DNA of 64,000 nucleotides from Candidatus Woesearchaeota archaeon. Its GTDB lineage: Archaea > Nanobdellota > Nanobdellia > Woesearchaeales > UBA11576. A model generated the notes under the pieces. It was given only the letters and a program-made list of their open reading frames with translations, did no database searches and was not told the origin of the DNA. Positions within the stretch are counted from its first letter, which is position 1, and every line of letters starts with the position of its first letter. The stretch is taken from positions 7,177 to 71,176 of the forward strand of contig JBDRET010000024.1 of assembly GCA_043819495.1 (NCBI GenBank), read 5' to 3'. Of this stretch, positions 28,196 through 38,196 are shown one piece after another. Both the position numbers and the translations under genes were made by a program.

Positions 28196-28708
28196 ATCTA
28201 TGCAGGCCAGCTTTGTGTCTTCTTGTCTGTCGACATCTCCAGGGTCTTCTGCCTGTGCAATAACAGAGCCTACAGGGAGCACACCCATGACCTCGCAGTA
28301 TTTCTCGAGAATCTGTACAACGACCTTTGTCTCTTCTATGGCTCTGGCACCTACGCAAACTATTGCAGTAGCCTTCCCTTTGAGCAGTTGTGGATCTGAT
28401 AGCGGATTGGTACGGTCGATGAAATTCTTCATCAATCCAGTGACATTATCGAAGTAATTAGGGCTTCCAAAGACGATGGCATCAACTTCGAGCATCTTCG
28501 ATAACAACTGTTCCATGTCATCATTGATGACACAAGGACGTTCACTCCCGTAGCAGACGCCACAGCCATTGCAGAATTTTATATCAAAATCGCTGATCTT
28601 GATGATCTCGGTCTGGGCGTCACGTGCTCTGCAGGAATCCAGGATCCACGTGAGCAATCTTTTCGTGTTGCCTTCCTGCGGACTTCCACAGATGCCTAGG
28701 ACCTTCAT
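28160..28708 (-). CDS. Iron-sulfur flavoprotein / flavodoxin family protein
   Basis: [15 protein letters not shown]....C...DDM, GSPNY. Confidence 0.88.
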   Translation of the reverse strand: MKVLGICGSPQEGNTKRLLTWILDSCRARDAQTEIIKISDFDIKFCNGCGVCYGSERPCVINDDMEQLLSKMLEVDAIVFGSPNYFDNVTGLMKNFIDRTNPLSDPQLLKGKATAIVCVGARAIEETKVVVQILEKYCEVMGVLPVGSVIAQAEDPGDVDRQEDTKLACIDLGNNIMDKLVG

Positions 28709-29985
28709 TCTATTAACCCTTCATATATCGGGAATCTCCTGCAGAGATCGAGTACTTCTGCTTTCACCTTTGATTTGGCATAGACATTATTCGGGTTCTT
28801 GATTATCTGTGATATGAATACGCCGATTATGCGCATCTCGTCTTCCTTCATGCCCCTTGTTGTCAGGGCAGGTGTGCCTATCCTTATCCCAGAAGGGTTG
28901 AATGGAGAACGGGTGTCAAAAGGTATCATGTTCTTGTTCGTGAATATCAATGCCTCATCAAGGGCTTTCTCAATCTCCTTTCCGCCGAATCCAGTCGGAG
29001 AGATATCGATGAGCATGAGGTGGTTATCAGTCCCACCTGAGACGAGCTTGACTCCTTGGTCCATGAGGGTCTCTGCAAGCACCTTAGCATTCTTGAGCAC
29101 TTGTCTCTGGTAAACATTGAAATCAGGATGGAGCGCCTCTCCGAAAGCTACTGCCTTTGCAGCTATTATGTGATCAAGAGGTCCGCCCTGCATGCCAGGG
29201 AACACTGCAGAATCTATCTTCTGGGCCAGGTTCTTCTTATCATCAGGTCTCAGCTTGTCATCTATCTTAGAGAGTATCATAGCGCCTCTTGGTCCTCTCA
29301 GTGTCTTGTGTGTCGTAGTGGTAACTACATCACAGAAAGGCACAGGATTCTGGTGGAGTCCTGCTGCGATGAGGCCTGCAATGTGAGCGATATCTGCCAT
29401 GTGGTATGCACCTACCTCATCAGCGATCTCCTGGAATTCCTCGAAGTCAAGCTTCCGCGGATATGCGCTGAAACCTGACAGTATGAGCTTTGGTCTTTCT
29501 CTCTTTGCTATCTTCCTTACCTGGTCCATGTCCAGGCGATGCGTCTTTGGGTCGACGCCATAGCTTGTAAAATTGTAGAACTTTCCAGAGAAATTGACCG
29601 GGCTGCCATGAGTGAGGTGACCTCCATGCGCAAGGTCCATACCTAGAATCTTATCACCCAGGTTAAGAAGTGCGAAGTACGCCTCCATATTGGCCTGTGA
29701 TCCTGCATGCGGCTGAACATTTGCATGCTCTGCACCGAACAGCATCTTTGCCCTGTCAATCGCGAGCTTTTCAGATACATCTATGTGCTCATTGCCAGCA
29801 TAGTAGCGCTTTCCTGCGTATCCCTCACTGTACTTGTTCGTGAGGACAGAACCCATCGCCTGCATGACAGCTTTAGAGACATAATTCTCAGATGCTATGA
29901 GCTCAACGCCCTTCCTCTGCCTGGCCAGCTCATTCTTCACGACGGAGAATATTTCAGGATCTTTCTCTTCCAGATTTCGCATCAT
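28705..29985 (-). CDS. glyA: Serine hydroxymethyltransferase (bacterial type)
   Basis: [40 protein letters not shown]. Confidence 0.96.
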   Translation of the reverse strand: MMRNLEEKDPEIFSVVKNELARQRKGVELIASENYVSKAVMQAMGSVLTNKYSEGYAGKRYYAGNEHIDVSEKLAIDRAKMLFGAEHANVQPHAGSQANMEAYFALLNLGDKILGMDLAHGGHLTHGSPVNFSGKFYNFTSYGVDPKTHRLDMDQVRKIAKRERPKLILSGFSAYPRKLDFEEFQEIADEVGAYHMADIAHIAGLIAAGLHQNPVPFCDVVTTTTHKTLRGPRGAMILSKIDDKLRPDDKKNLAQKIDSAVFPGMQGGPLDHIIAAKAVAFGEALHPDFNVYQRQVLKNAKVLAETLMDQGVKLVSGGTDNHLMLIDISPTGFGGKEIEKALDEALIFTNKNMIPFDTRSPFNPSGIRIGTPALTTRGMKEDEMRIIGVFISQIIKNPNNVYAKSKVKAEVLDLCRRFPIYEGLIE

Positions 29986-30028
29986 CTTGTGTCAAAGGTC
30001 CAGTACAGAATATTTATACCTTTCTATT

Positions 30029-30090
30029 AGGTATCTATCAAGATATCAGGCATCTATCAAGATATCAGGCATCTATCAAGGCATCTATCA
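30029..30090. repeat. Tandem repeat AGGYATCTATCA(AGATATC), 4 units, in divergent intergenic region
   Basis: Units at 30029, 30048, 30067, 30079 (19, 19, 12, 12 bp). Confidence 0.85.
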
Positions 30091-30187
30091 TGCAGGTTTG
30101 GGCAGGTGATCTATCCTGTTTTCTTGGTGTCTTTTAAACTGAAGGTTTTTGTCTCCCTGTCTGGACAACACAACAAATAAATAAAAT

Positions 30188-31252
30188 ATGAAATCCTGTC
30201 AAAAGATGATAATCGGACTTGTCGGCATGTATGCATCAGGAAAGGATTCTGTCGCAGAGCATCTTGTCGAGAAAGGATTCACACATCTTTCCCTTTCTGA
30301 TATGTTACGAGAAGAGCTGAGGAAGAGAGGTCTAGATATAACCCGTGATAACCTTATAAATGTAGGAAACGAATTAAGAACGGTTCACGGGCATGGCGTG
30401 CTGGGGAAAAGAGCATTAGAGAACATAAAAGGCAAAGAAGGTGATTTTGTAGTCAGTTCTATCAGACATCCTGCAGAAGTAAAAGAGCTCATGCAGCATG
30501 GACATTTCTTCCTTGTTGACGTGCGGGCACCGATCAAGACGCGTTTTAAATGGATAAAGAAACGCAATAGGGAGAACGATCCTAAGACCCTGTCTGATCT
30601 AAAGGCAAAAGAAGCTCTTGAGAGTCAGAAAGAAGGACCTGGACAGCAGCTGACTAATACTATGAAGCTTGCGACGTTTGTGTTGTCCAATGACAGCACA
30701 CTCAAGAAACTTCAGGATAAGACTGACAAACTGGCCGTAGACCTCAAGAAGAAGGCTGAGACTATGTCAGAGTATGTGCGGCCTAGTTGGGATGAGTATT
30801 TCATGGGTATAATGGAAGCGGTCGCAGTGAGAGCAACATGTGCCCGTGGAAGGACCGCTTCAGTCATAGTCAAGGATAAGAGGATACTTGCGACAGGATA
30901 TGTCGGAAGTCCTGTAGGAGTACCTCATTGTGATGAGGCAGGTCATGAGTTCAAGCGGATGATACATGATGATGGAAGTGTCTCCCAGCACTGTGTCAGG
31001 ACAAGCCATGCAGAGCAGAACGCAATCTGTCTTGCAGCAAGGAATGGTGTTGCGATAGATGGAGCGACAATTTATTGCAAACTTGCCCCTTGCTATACCT
31101 GTGCAAAGATGATAATCAACTCAGGGATAGTAAGAGTGGTCTGCAAGATGAGATATCATGCAGATAAGGATAGCATGCGCATCTTCAAGCAGGCAGGCAT
31201 AGATATTGTCGTGTTGAATGATGATGTAGCTACATATGATGGGATGAAGTGA
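30188..31252 (+). CDS. P-loop NMP-kinase-like domain fused to dCMP deaminase
   Basis: N-terminal IIGLVGMYASGKD; C-terminal RPSWDEYFM, HAEQNA, PCYTCAK. Confidence 0.88.
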   Translation: MKSCQKMIIGLVGMYASGKDSVAEHLVEKGFTHLSLSDMLREELRKRGLDITRDNLINVGNELRTVHGHGVLGKRALENIKGKEGDFVVSSIRHPAEVKELMQHGHFFLVDVRAPIKTRFKWIKKRNRENDPKTLSDLKAKEALESQKEGPGQQLTNTMKLATFVLSNDSTLKKLQDKTDKLAVDLKKKAETMSEYVRPSWDEYFMGIMEAVAVRATCARGRTASVIVKDKRILATGYVGSPVGVPHCDEAGHEFKRMIHDDGSVSQHCVRTSHAEQNAICLAARNGVAIDGATIYCKLAPCYTCAKMIINSGIVRVVCKMRYHADKDSMRIFKQAGIDIVVLNDDVATYDGMK

Positions 31253-31299
31253 CTTTTTAGATAGCTTCATAAATATTTATAAACTCCATTTCTTTTTGC

Positions 31300-31884
31300 A
31301 TGATTGATATGATAATCGCTATCACAGGCACGATAAGTTCCGGCAAAGGCAAAGTCGCAGAGCTGTTCCGGGACAAGGGATTCAAGCATCATAGTTTTTC
31401 TTCTGAGATACGTCAGGTCGCAAAGGAACATGGTATCGAGATAAACAGGAAGAACCTGAGCAAGCTTGGGCACGATTTGCGAGTCGAGAGTCCAAAAGAG
31501 TCAATTCTTGGTAAGCGGCTTCTTGATAAAATATTGAAAGAGATCGATAAGGGTGAGAAGAACTTTGTCATTGAGGGGTTGCGTGATTCTGATGAGGTTG
31601 ACATGTTTAGGAAGCACGAACTTGAGCGACCAGAGCAACGTTTCATACTCATCGGTGTCGATGCTCTGCAGGAAGTGCGTTTTGAACGGATGAAGAAGCG
31701 CGGAAGGCATGGTGAGCCAGAGACATTCGAGGAATTCAAGGCCATCGATGACCACGAATTGCTCGGTGACCAGGGACAGGAAGTCGGGAAGACGCTGAAT
31801 ATGTCTGATTATGTGATACAGAATGATAAGGGTCTCGAAGAGCTCAAGCAGAAGGTCGAGGATATCTCTTCGGAGATACTATAG
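31300..31884 (+). CDS. P-loop NMP/dephospho-CoA-kinase-like protein
   Basis: IIAITGTISSGKG, VIEGLR; paralogous to the N-domain of the upstream gene. Confidence 0.8.
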   Translation: MIDMIIAITGTISSGKGKVAELFRDKGFKHHSFSSEIRQVAKEHGIEINRKNLSKLGHDLRVESPKESILGKRLLDKILKEIDKGEKNFVIEGLRDSDEVDMFRKHELERPEQRFILIGVDALQEVRFERMKKRGRHGEPETFEEFKAIDDHELLGDQGQEVGKTLNMSDYVIQNDKGLEELKQKVEDISSEIL

Positions 31885-32955
31885 TCTGCTGTCAGTAGCT
31901 CCAGTCTGTTCATTGTACTGTGATTTATCTTTATCTTCTAGTTCCCATGGCGAGTGCAGATAATACAGATGGAAATCTGCGAGCCGTTCTCCAGGTCTTA
32001 TTGTCACATCAGTCATAGCATAATTCTCGAATGTTATCTTACCACTGAATCTTGGGAATGGATCTATCTTTGGCGCACCTGCATGCGTCTGGAGCGAAGA
32101 GTGTCGTGAATACTCGTGGATGCCTGGCCCCACATATCCTGAAGTCGGCATCAGGTGATTCCATTCATGCACCCAACCCACAAAATGCTTGTCGATGCTT
32201 ACCTCTTCAGCGCTTGCTGAGAGAAAGAAAGTACCTGCTTTGATATATGTTCCTCTGTTTGCGAGCCTTCTCTCTTTAAACCATGTCGGGCTAGGCTCCT
32301 TTGGGTCGATTACCTCTCCGGTGTATATCTTTATTATCGGATCATGGGTAAGGGTGAATCCGCTGTTCATCTTCCTGCCGCCGGGAACTTTGGCACCTAC
32401 CTTGTATCCTTCATCTATTGCAAAAGTCTGCACAAGACGTTGTATCTCTTTACCTCGTCTTGTTATCTTCAGCTGTCCTGTCTTAATCTCTTCCCTGAGA
32501 ACATCGTCCAGAGCAGGGATGAAACCTCCGAACGCTATATGTGCCTGGGCAATCGTATCGCCAGGTCTTATCTTCACAGTCGTTCCGAGAGTGCGTATGC
32601 TGCAGATCACCTTGCCATAGAAATCACCATGCGGTTCAGAGAACTCATCGTGGACATCTGCAGATGCAACACCATACCTTGCCCAGCTGCTACGTGAGTT
32701 TATCTTACCATGGAACCAGTGTGAGAACCTGAATCTCTCTACTGTCTCGTATAAGAAAAAATCTCCTGGTTTCAGGAGCCAATATTCACCATCAATGAGA
32801 GGGACTTCTTTCATATCTTTACGGTCCTGAGAAGGAGTGAGAAGCTGACCTATCCGTACATCAAGAGAAGTCGCATTGATTTCTGTAATGCCTTCTATAT
32901 CTATAAGACCATGGTCTCTTGCAGCAGTCATATCTTGTTTACAGAGTATAGGCAT
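31879..32955 (-). CDS. dcd: dCTP deaminase-like protein, two dUTPase-fold domains
   Basis: TSLDVRIG, LKPG.F.L..T.E, SRSSWARYG; second domain HAGAPKIDP..FSGKITFE and ending SQYNEQTGATDSR. Confidence 0.75.
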   Translation of the reverse strand: MPILCKQDMTAARDHGLIDIEGITEINATSLDVRIGQLLTPSQDRKDMKEVPLIDGEYWLLKPGDFFLYETVERFRFSHWFHGKINSRSSWARYGVASADVHDEFSEPHGDFYGKVICSIRTLGTTVKIRPGDTIAQAHIAFGGFIPALDDVLREEIKTGQLKITRRGKEIQRLVQTFAIDEGYKVGAKVPGGRKMNSGFTLTHDPIIKIYTGEVIDPKEPSPTWFKERRLANRGTYIKAGTFFLSASAEEVSIDKHFVGWVHEWNHLMPTSGYVGPGIHEYSRHSSLQTHAGAPKIDPFPRFSGKITFENYAMTDVTIRPGERLADFHLYYLHSPWELEDKDKSQYNEQTGATDSRL

Positions 32956-33003
32956 TTCAGGAGCCTCGATGTGTCATTGACTATAATCTTGTGGCGTGTC
33001 GGT

Positions 33004-33246
33004 TCAAGAGAATTGTATGACTTTCTCTCTTGACCTGGCACCTGCCTTGAGTTCACATCTTTTTCCTGTCTGCCTCTTCAAGAATTTGAGGAGTTCAGTG
33101 TTCGCTTTGTCCTTGTCAGGGACTGCTGCGACGGCGATACGCAGCATCTGTTTGTTCTCATCCCAACCTATGACTTCTGTTTTTGGAGCGTTGGGTTTGA
33201 CTACTACTTTTAGGATGTTGTTGTTGATATGATTGGTGATGTCCAT
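33004..33246 (-). CDS. DUF167/YggU family protein
   Basis: VKPNA, A.P...KAN.EL, GARSREK. Confidence 0.88.
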   Translation of the reverse strand: MDITNHINNNILKVVVKPNAPKTEVIGWDENKQMLRIAVAAVPDKDKANTELLKFLKRQTGKRCELKAGARSREKVIQFS

Positions 33247-33255
33247 CTTTTACAC

Positions 33256-33359
33256 GTCAGCACCGCAGCGCTCGCTTTGCGTATTCTTTTGAATATTCAT
33301 GCACAACTGCATCTTTAATCGTATATATCATTGTCAGCTCGCTAGGCGGCGGTGCTGAC
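33256..33359 (+). repeat. Dispersed three-box hairpin element, copy C
   Basis: Stem gtcagcaccgcagc/gcggcggtgctgac enclosing GCTCGC-N25-GCACAACTGCA-N23-CAGCTCGCTAG. Confidence 0.85.
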
Positions 33360-33392
33360 TTTGTAAGTGGAACTTGCGTTGCTGTTTGACTA

Positions 33393-33710
33393 TCAGTCGT
33401 AATCACGCCAGGTGTGCCTACATTTGGTACATCTCAGGAACTTAGTCATCGCTTCATCTGCAGAACGGGTCTGGATGAGCCAATAGTATGCGCCATTATT
33501 GCCGCATTTTGGACAATCTTCTTTTGCGATCGGAAGGGTCTCAAAATCCTGTTCAACGACCTCTATTTCTGCAGTCGCTTTGACGGTCTCCTTCAGAGAA
33601 CCTGCATTGCTCCCTTCGCTTGTATAACCACATGAGCAGTGCAAGACAACCTTATCACCTTCTTTCTGTGGCCTGAGTATCGATTTGCATTTTGGACAGA
33701 ATTGTATCAT
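33393..33710 (-). CDS. tfs: Transcription factor S
   Basis: FCPKC..C.CG; CPKCG....QTRSADE..T.F.RC.KC...WR. Confidence 0.92.
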   Translation of the reverse strand: MIQFCPKCKSILRPQKEGDKVVLHCSCGYTSEGSNAGSLKETVKATAEIEVVEQDFETLPIAKEDCPKCGNNGAYYWLIQTRSADEAMTKFLRCTKCRHTWRDYD

Positions 33711-33726
33711 CTTTGAAACCCCTAAC

Positions 33727-34353
33727 TTATAGCACACCTATGATCTGCATGAGCCTGACAAAACTTATCTTTATGTAACCTACCCAAGGTATCCGTACCA
33801 CTGCTTTTCCGATGTAGTTCTGCTCCATTATGCCAGTCTCAAATGCGAATGATGCAGGGTTATTATCTCCTTTTGTGGTGAACAGTCTTCCTTTCTCACC
33901 ATCTTCTATGATTATTATCCTGTGGATTATCGGATCAGGCCTTCCCGCATTGAATACTATCACGTCACCCACATTGAGCAGTGAGGGGTCAGTCCGGTAT
34001 AGGATCATTATATCTCCTTTATTGAAACCATTGCTGAACCTGAATTCCTGGAAGTTCTCTTTTGTGTACCCCAGAGCAAAATAGAACCTTCCCTGAGTGC
34101 AGTCGTATCTCTGCTCACAGTTCGCTTTCTGCTGCCACCAATACTCAAAGCCTCCATCATGCTCCATAGAGCTTGAGACCACTGCAACAATAGGGTGTGT
34201 TGTGGCGAGAACAAGACCCAGCGTTGGGTAGACTACAAACTTTATAAGTACAAATGCGAGTATTACGTTCACGAACCAGCTTGCCCAGCTGTCATCTTCC
34301 CAAATGAAATACCATACCTGCTTCCATGTATTCTTGGCCTTTTTCCAGTCCAT
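33727..34353 (-). CDS. Signal peptidase I (archaeal S26B)
   Basis: VVSSSMEH, GDVIVF, IIHR, TKGDNN, IPWVGY. Confidence 0.9.
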   Translation of the reverse strand: MDWKKAKNTWKQVWYFIWEDDSWASWFVNVILAFVLIKFVVYPTLGLVLATTHPIVAVVSSSMEHDGGFEYWWQQKANCEQRYDCTQGRFYFALGYTKENFQEFRFSNGFNKGDIMILYRTDPSLLNVGDVIVFNAGRPDPIIHRIIIIEDGEKGRLFTTKGDNNPASFAFETGIMEQNYIGKAVVRIPWVGYIKISFVRLMQIIGVL

Positions 34354-34396
34354 CCTTATTATGTCTCTGGAAAGTTTTAATAAGGTTTCGGTTAAC

Positions 34397-35182
34397 ATGA
34401 CCTGCATGAGATTCTGTCCAAAATGCGGTAAGAACGGCATACAAGGAGATTTCTGCAGTGAATGCGCTGAAAAAGAGCTTGACCTAACATTCAATGAGGT
34501 AGTCATCAAGAAATGCATCAGCTGTGCTAGATTCATGCTCCGTAATAGCTGGAAAGAGTTCAGGAACCTTGATGAAGGCATAATACGTGCAGCACATATC
34601 AAGATAAAGAACCCAAAGAATGCCGTGCTTGATATAACGCCAGATTACAAGGAATTGAAGAACAAACCAGGCGCAAAGCAGGAAATAAACCTTGAGATAG
34701 TTGCAGAGGGTCAGGATTTCGTCATACCTGCCACTATAGAGTTCACTTATTGCGACAAATGCGCAAAAGCAGGAACTCAGTATTTTGAAGGGGTGCTCCA
34801 GTTACGAGACGCAACTCCTGAACTGCTTGCTTTTGTCGAGAAAGATATAGCTGCTAATGTGAATGAAGGTGCGCATGTAACAACAAAGACCGGAAAAGGT
34901 GGTAATATCGATTTCATCATGACCTCTACAAAGTACATGCTTGCATTGGGGAAGAGGCTAAATCAGAAATTCAATGGTGAGCTCACTGTCACAGCAAAGC
35001 TATTTTCGCGGAACAGGCAGACAAGCAAGGAAGTATTTAGGACCAGTATACTGTTCAGGATGAGGACGTATAAGATCGGTGAGATAATCGAGACTCGAGG
35101 GAAAAAAATCAAGATAACAACCATAGGAAAGAAAGTGTCAGGCATAGATACAGAGACAGGGAAGAAAGTGTTTGTGGATTGA
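34397..35182 (+). CDS. nmd3: NMD3 family protein
   Basis: FCPKCG..FC.EC, C..C, CDKC....YFEGVLQLR. Confidence 0.85.
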   Translation: MTCMRFCPKCGKNGIQGDFCSECAEKELDLTFNEVVIKKCISCARFMLRNSWKEFRNLDEGIIRAAHIKIKNPKNAVLDITPDYKELKNKPGAKQEINLEIVAEGQDFVIPATIEFTYCDKCAKAGTQYFEGVLQLRDATPELLAFVEKDIAANVNEGAHVTTKTGKGGNIDFIMTSTKYMLALGKRLNQKFNGELTVTAKLFSRNRQTSKEVFRTSILFRMRTYKIGEIIETRGKKIKITTIGKKVSGIDTETGKKVFVD

Positions 35183-35186
35183 TAAT

Positions 35187-35741
35187 GTGAATGAGGAAAT
35201 CGAGATAAAGGTGGCATTGAAGAATCCTGAAGAGGTTCTCAATAAGTTAAGCCATTCAGCTAAGTTTGTGAAAGATAAGAGACAGAAAGATGAATACTTT
35301 GTACCTAAGCATAATGACTTCTTCGCTGTCAAGAATACAGTTGAATATCTGCGTATACGATCTCAAGATGGAAAGGCTGAGATAGGATACCACTTCTGCC
35401 ATCTGGCGCCTGATGGAAGTCTCCTGAAAACGGACGAGTACGAGACCAAAGTAGATGACCCCCAGATGATGTCAACAATACTCAAGAAATTAGATATGAT
35501 ACTCAAGGTGACAGTTACTAAGGACAGGAAATACTTTGACTATAAAGATTTCGAAGTGCTTGTGGATAATGTAGAGAATCTAGGGTATTTTCTTGAGGTA
35601 GAGGCCAAGAATGTTGTGGGTGATATAGGCGCAGTCAAAAAAAGTTGTTATGTTGTCCTGGATGAGTTGGGTGTAAAATGGGAGAAATTACCTGATATGG
35701 GTTATCCTGACCTGCTTCTTGAGAAGATGAGTGAGAATTAA
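35187..35741 (+). CDS. CYTH / class IV adenylate cyclase-like triphosphate tunnel protein
   Basis: EIEIK, Q.D.YF, LRIR, EYET, V.K.R, LG.FLEVE, GY. Confidence 0.88.
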   Translation: MNEEIEIKVALKNPEEVLNKLSHSAKFVKDKRQKDEYFVPKHNDFFAVKNTVEYLRIRSQDGKAEIGYHFCHLAPDGSLLKTDEYETKVDDPQMMSTILKKLDMILKVTVTKDRKYFDYKDFEVLVDNVENLGYFLEVEAKNVVGDIGAVKKSCYVVLDELGVKWEKLPDMGYPDLLLEKMSEN

Positions 35742-35771
35742 ATAAAATAAAAATTAATTTAAAATATTTCT

Positions 35772-37586
35772 TTATCCGCATCCACCTGCATCAGAAGCAG
35801 GTGCAGGTTCATCACCAGCAAGAGCTGCTAATTTAGCAGGGTTACATGCGTCAGGAGCTGTTGTGAATCCCTGACATAAGGCCTGTGCAAATCCTGCAGC
35901 AGCCCTAGATCCTGAGTAAGCAGCACCTTCAACAAATACTGTCGGTGAACCGCTCACACCAAGCGCCTTGTTCAATGCCAGCTCTCCAGCAAGAATAGTT
36001 TCCCATTCGTCAGCTTCACATCCCTTTATCTTTGCGACATCAAGTCCAAGACCCTTTGCGACAGGCTCCCAGCAGCTGTCTGCATTACTTGCACTGCACT
36101 TCTTGTTCATCTCCAATACGAACTTGAAGTATGCATCGATACCGATGTACTTGTCTACACATAGCTCGCGCAGTCCCTGGTTAAGCTCCTGCACCCCATG
36201 CATGGAACAGTACTTACTCTCTTTGTCAAGGCAGAAATTAGGTCCTCCGCCCTGGTAGTTCGAGTATATCACATAATGCGGGTTGAAGTCTGCCTTGCCT
36301 TTCAGCAGCTGATATGCAGGTTCTATCGCTTCTTCTGCCATATTACCATATGGGCAATAGCTCATGACATAGAAATCTATCTGTGGCCTGTTATCTCCTT
36401 TCGTGACTCCAGTCAGCTTCTCTATCTCGTCTCTCTTCTTCTTATCGAGAATATATGTAGCTCCGCTCGCATCATCCAGGATGATGAACTTTTCACCGAC
36501 CTTCCTGAATGCATTAGGTATGTTAGGGTTGTTCTGCCAAGAATAGGTCTCGCTCACATCTCCTGTGAAAACATATGCTGGTGCCTTCTCTAAGTTCAGG
36601 CTTTTTACCAATGCAGCTCCTTCTACATTTGATGCATCAACCTCTTCAACTTCCATGTTCAGGAAGACTTGACTGAGAACTGCTACTAGCTGGGATGCAT
36701 CACAGTTGAGGCATTCTTTACTGCTTACGACAGTCAGCTTGACCTCTGCGTCATCCTTGTAAGTGCATGTTGCGTCAGCTTTTCCAGGATTATTACATAC
36801 TCCTACCTTTCCTGGCTCTCCAGCGCATTCAACATCATTTGCGCAGGCAGGCATGTTTGCACAGACAGGGTGTTCACCTAGTCCTTGGCATATGGTCCTC
36901 TTGAATGAGGTCTCATCTCTCTGGCCTTGGTATAGCTTGCCGTCGATATATATTGTCGGGCTTCCTTGCGCATTGACTTCCATGCTCTTTGAGATAGATT
37001 CAGACATCAGTTTTTTGCCCTGAGCACCTTCAAAACAGGATCTTATCTTATCTGCATCTGCACCGATCTGTTTAGCGCATTTATCTATGGATCCTACAAG
37101 GTCCCTGACATCCTTGTTCTGACATACTACAAACTCAATCAGTCTTTCAGGATACTGCTCCTGTACACAGAGCTGGATTATATCTCCGTCAACTTCTGGC
37201 TGGCCGTGAAGGCTTTGGAATCCTCCATCCACTTCACCTGCTATGAATTCTAACCGGAAATCGATATTTGTGCCGATCTCTTTCATTACAGGTTCAATAG
37301 CATCCTCTACCTGAGTCCCATAAGGACATTGACTCATCACATAGAAAGTGACAGGAACAGATCCATACTGATCAGCATCAGTCACTTCAATATGTCTGGA
37401 CATAGATTGTGATAGTATCACTACAATCAGAACCAATACGATACCACCGATGATGTATTTAGTATAATTGCACTTCTTTTTTCTCTTCTTGTGTACATGA
37501 CTGTGTGTCTTGTGCGTATTCTTATGCGCATGTTCAGCTCCCTTGTGATGGCTTTCTGTATGCGCGGTCTTATCATGCTCTGTCAT
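35772..37586 (-). CDS. Membrane-anchored protein with tandem GILT/DsbA-like thioredoxin domains
   Basis: His-rich N-terminus, TM helix, two copies of FYVMSxCPYG...SxHG..E...GSPT; central CLNC domain; C-terminal GGCG. Confidence 0.75.
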   Translation of the reverse strand: MTEHDKTAHTESHHKGAEHAHKNTHKTHSHVHKKRKKKCNYTKYIIGGIVLVLIVVILSQSMSRHIEVTDADQYGSVPVTFYVMSQCPYGTQVEDAIEPVMKEIGTNIDFRLEFIAGEVDGGFQSLHGQPEVDGDIIQLCVQEQYPERLIEFVVCQNKDVRDLVGSIDKCAKQIGADADKIRSCFEGAQGKKLMSESISKSMEVNAQGSPTIYIDGKLYQGQRDETSFKRTICQGLGEHPVCANMPACANDVECAGEPGKVGVCNNPGKADATCTYKDDAEVKLTVVSSKECLNCDASQLVAVLSQVFLNMEVEEVDASNVEGAALVKSLNLEKAPAYVFTGDVSETYSWQNNPNIPNAFRKVGEKFIILDDASGATYILDKKKRDEIEKLTGVTKGDNRPQIDFYVMSYCPYGNMAEEAIEPAYQLLKGKADFNPHYVIYSNYQGGGPNFCLDKESKYCSMHGVQELNQGLRELCVDKYIGIDAYFKFVLEMNKKCSASNADSCWEPVAKGLGLDVAKIKGCEADEWETILAGELALNKALGVSGSPTVFVEGAAYSGSRAAAGFAQALCQGFTTAPDACNPAKLAALAGDEPAPASDAGGCG

Positions 37587-37659
37587 ATTATACCCCTCTA
37601 TATGTGTAGATTTGTAGTCAGCACATATGTGCTTTTTTAAATCTTTCTAAACACAGAAG

Positions 37660-37819
37660 GCCGTTTAATACGGCAATCCCCCCAGTGTACTCACGGGTGG
37701 TTTGAATGTCTGTTGGATTGTGGAGTCAAGAACCACTTGACAGAATATCCTGTAATACCTGGCACCAGTCTATTTGACCGGTGGTTCTTGATATATTAAC
37801 AATCGTTTCAAGGGGTTGC
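37660..37819 (+). ncRNA. Candidate rod-like structured RNA containing copy 2 of the ATTGTGGRGTCAAGAACC hairpin
   Basis: Nested gcaatccc/ggggttgc, ttgaa/ttcaa, gattgt/acaatc, tcaagaaccac/gtggttcttga; side hairpins gccgt/acggc and ccc-gtg/cac-ggg. Confidence 0.5.
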
Positions 37820-37956
37820 GAACTGCAGACCTGTGAGAATATTTTTTAATCCCCACCATAGAAGAAGTATAGCAAGTGTGAGCAAGACATAATTCCAGAT
37901 GTCTTTAATATCAAAATTCAGATACCATTTCAGGAATTCCGTGACTTTTCCCAATT

Positions 37957-38166
37957 TTACCTCTTCTTCTGCTTCTTTAGCTGCATCTCTTTAGGGTGAT
38001 GTATAGTCTCATCTGCAATCTTCACTTTTTTCGTACGGAGCAGCCGTTTTAGGAATGACTCTTCTTTCTTCAGCACAGTATCTTCTTTGTCCAATTCAGG
38101 AAGCTTTGAAAGTTCTTTATCTTCCTGTTTCAGATGATCTATCTTCCGCTTATCGGGTCGTGTCAT
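37957..38166 (-). CDS. Small highly charged hypothetical protein
   Basis: SD gaggag upstream of MTRPDK; directly downstream of pth2. Confidence 0.5.
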   Translation of the reverse strand: MTRPDKRKIDHLKQEDKELSKLPELDKEDTVLKKEESFLKRLLRTKKVKIADETIHHPKEMQLKKQKKR

Positions 38167-38196
38167 TTTTTCTCCTCGATAGTTCATATGTCCTGT

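Noticed and set aside
30029..30090. Mini-CRISPR
   Set aside because: Units are 12-19 bp with no unique spacers.
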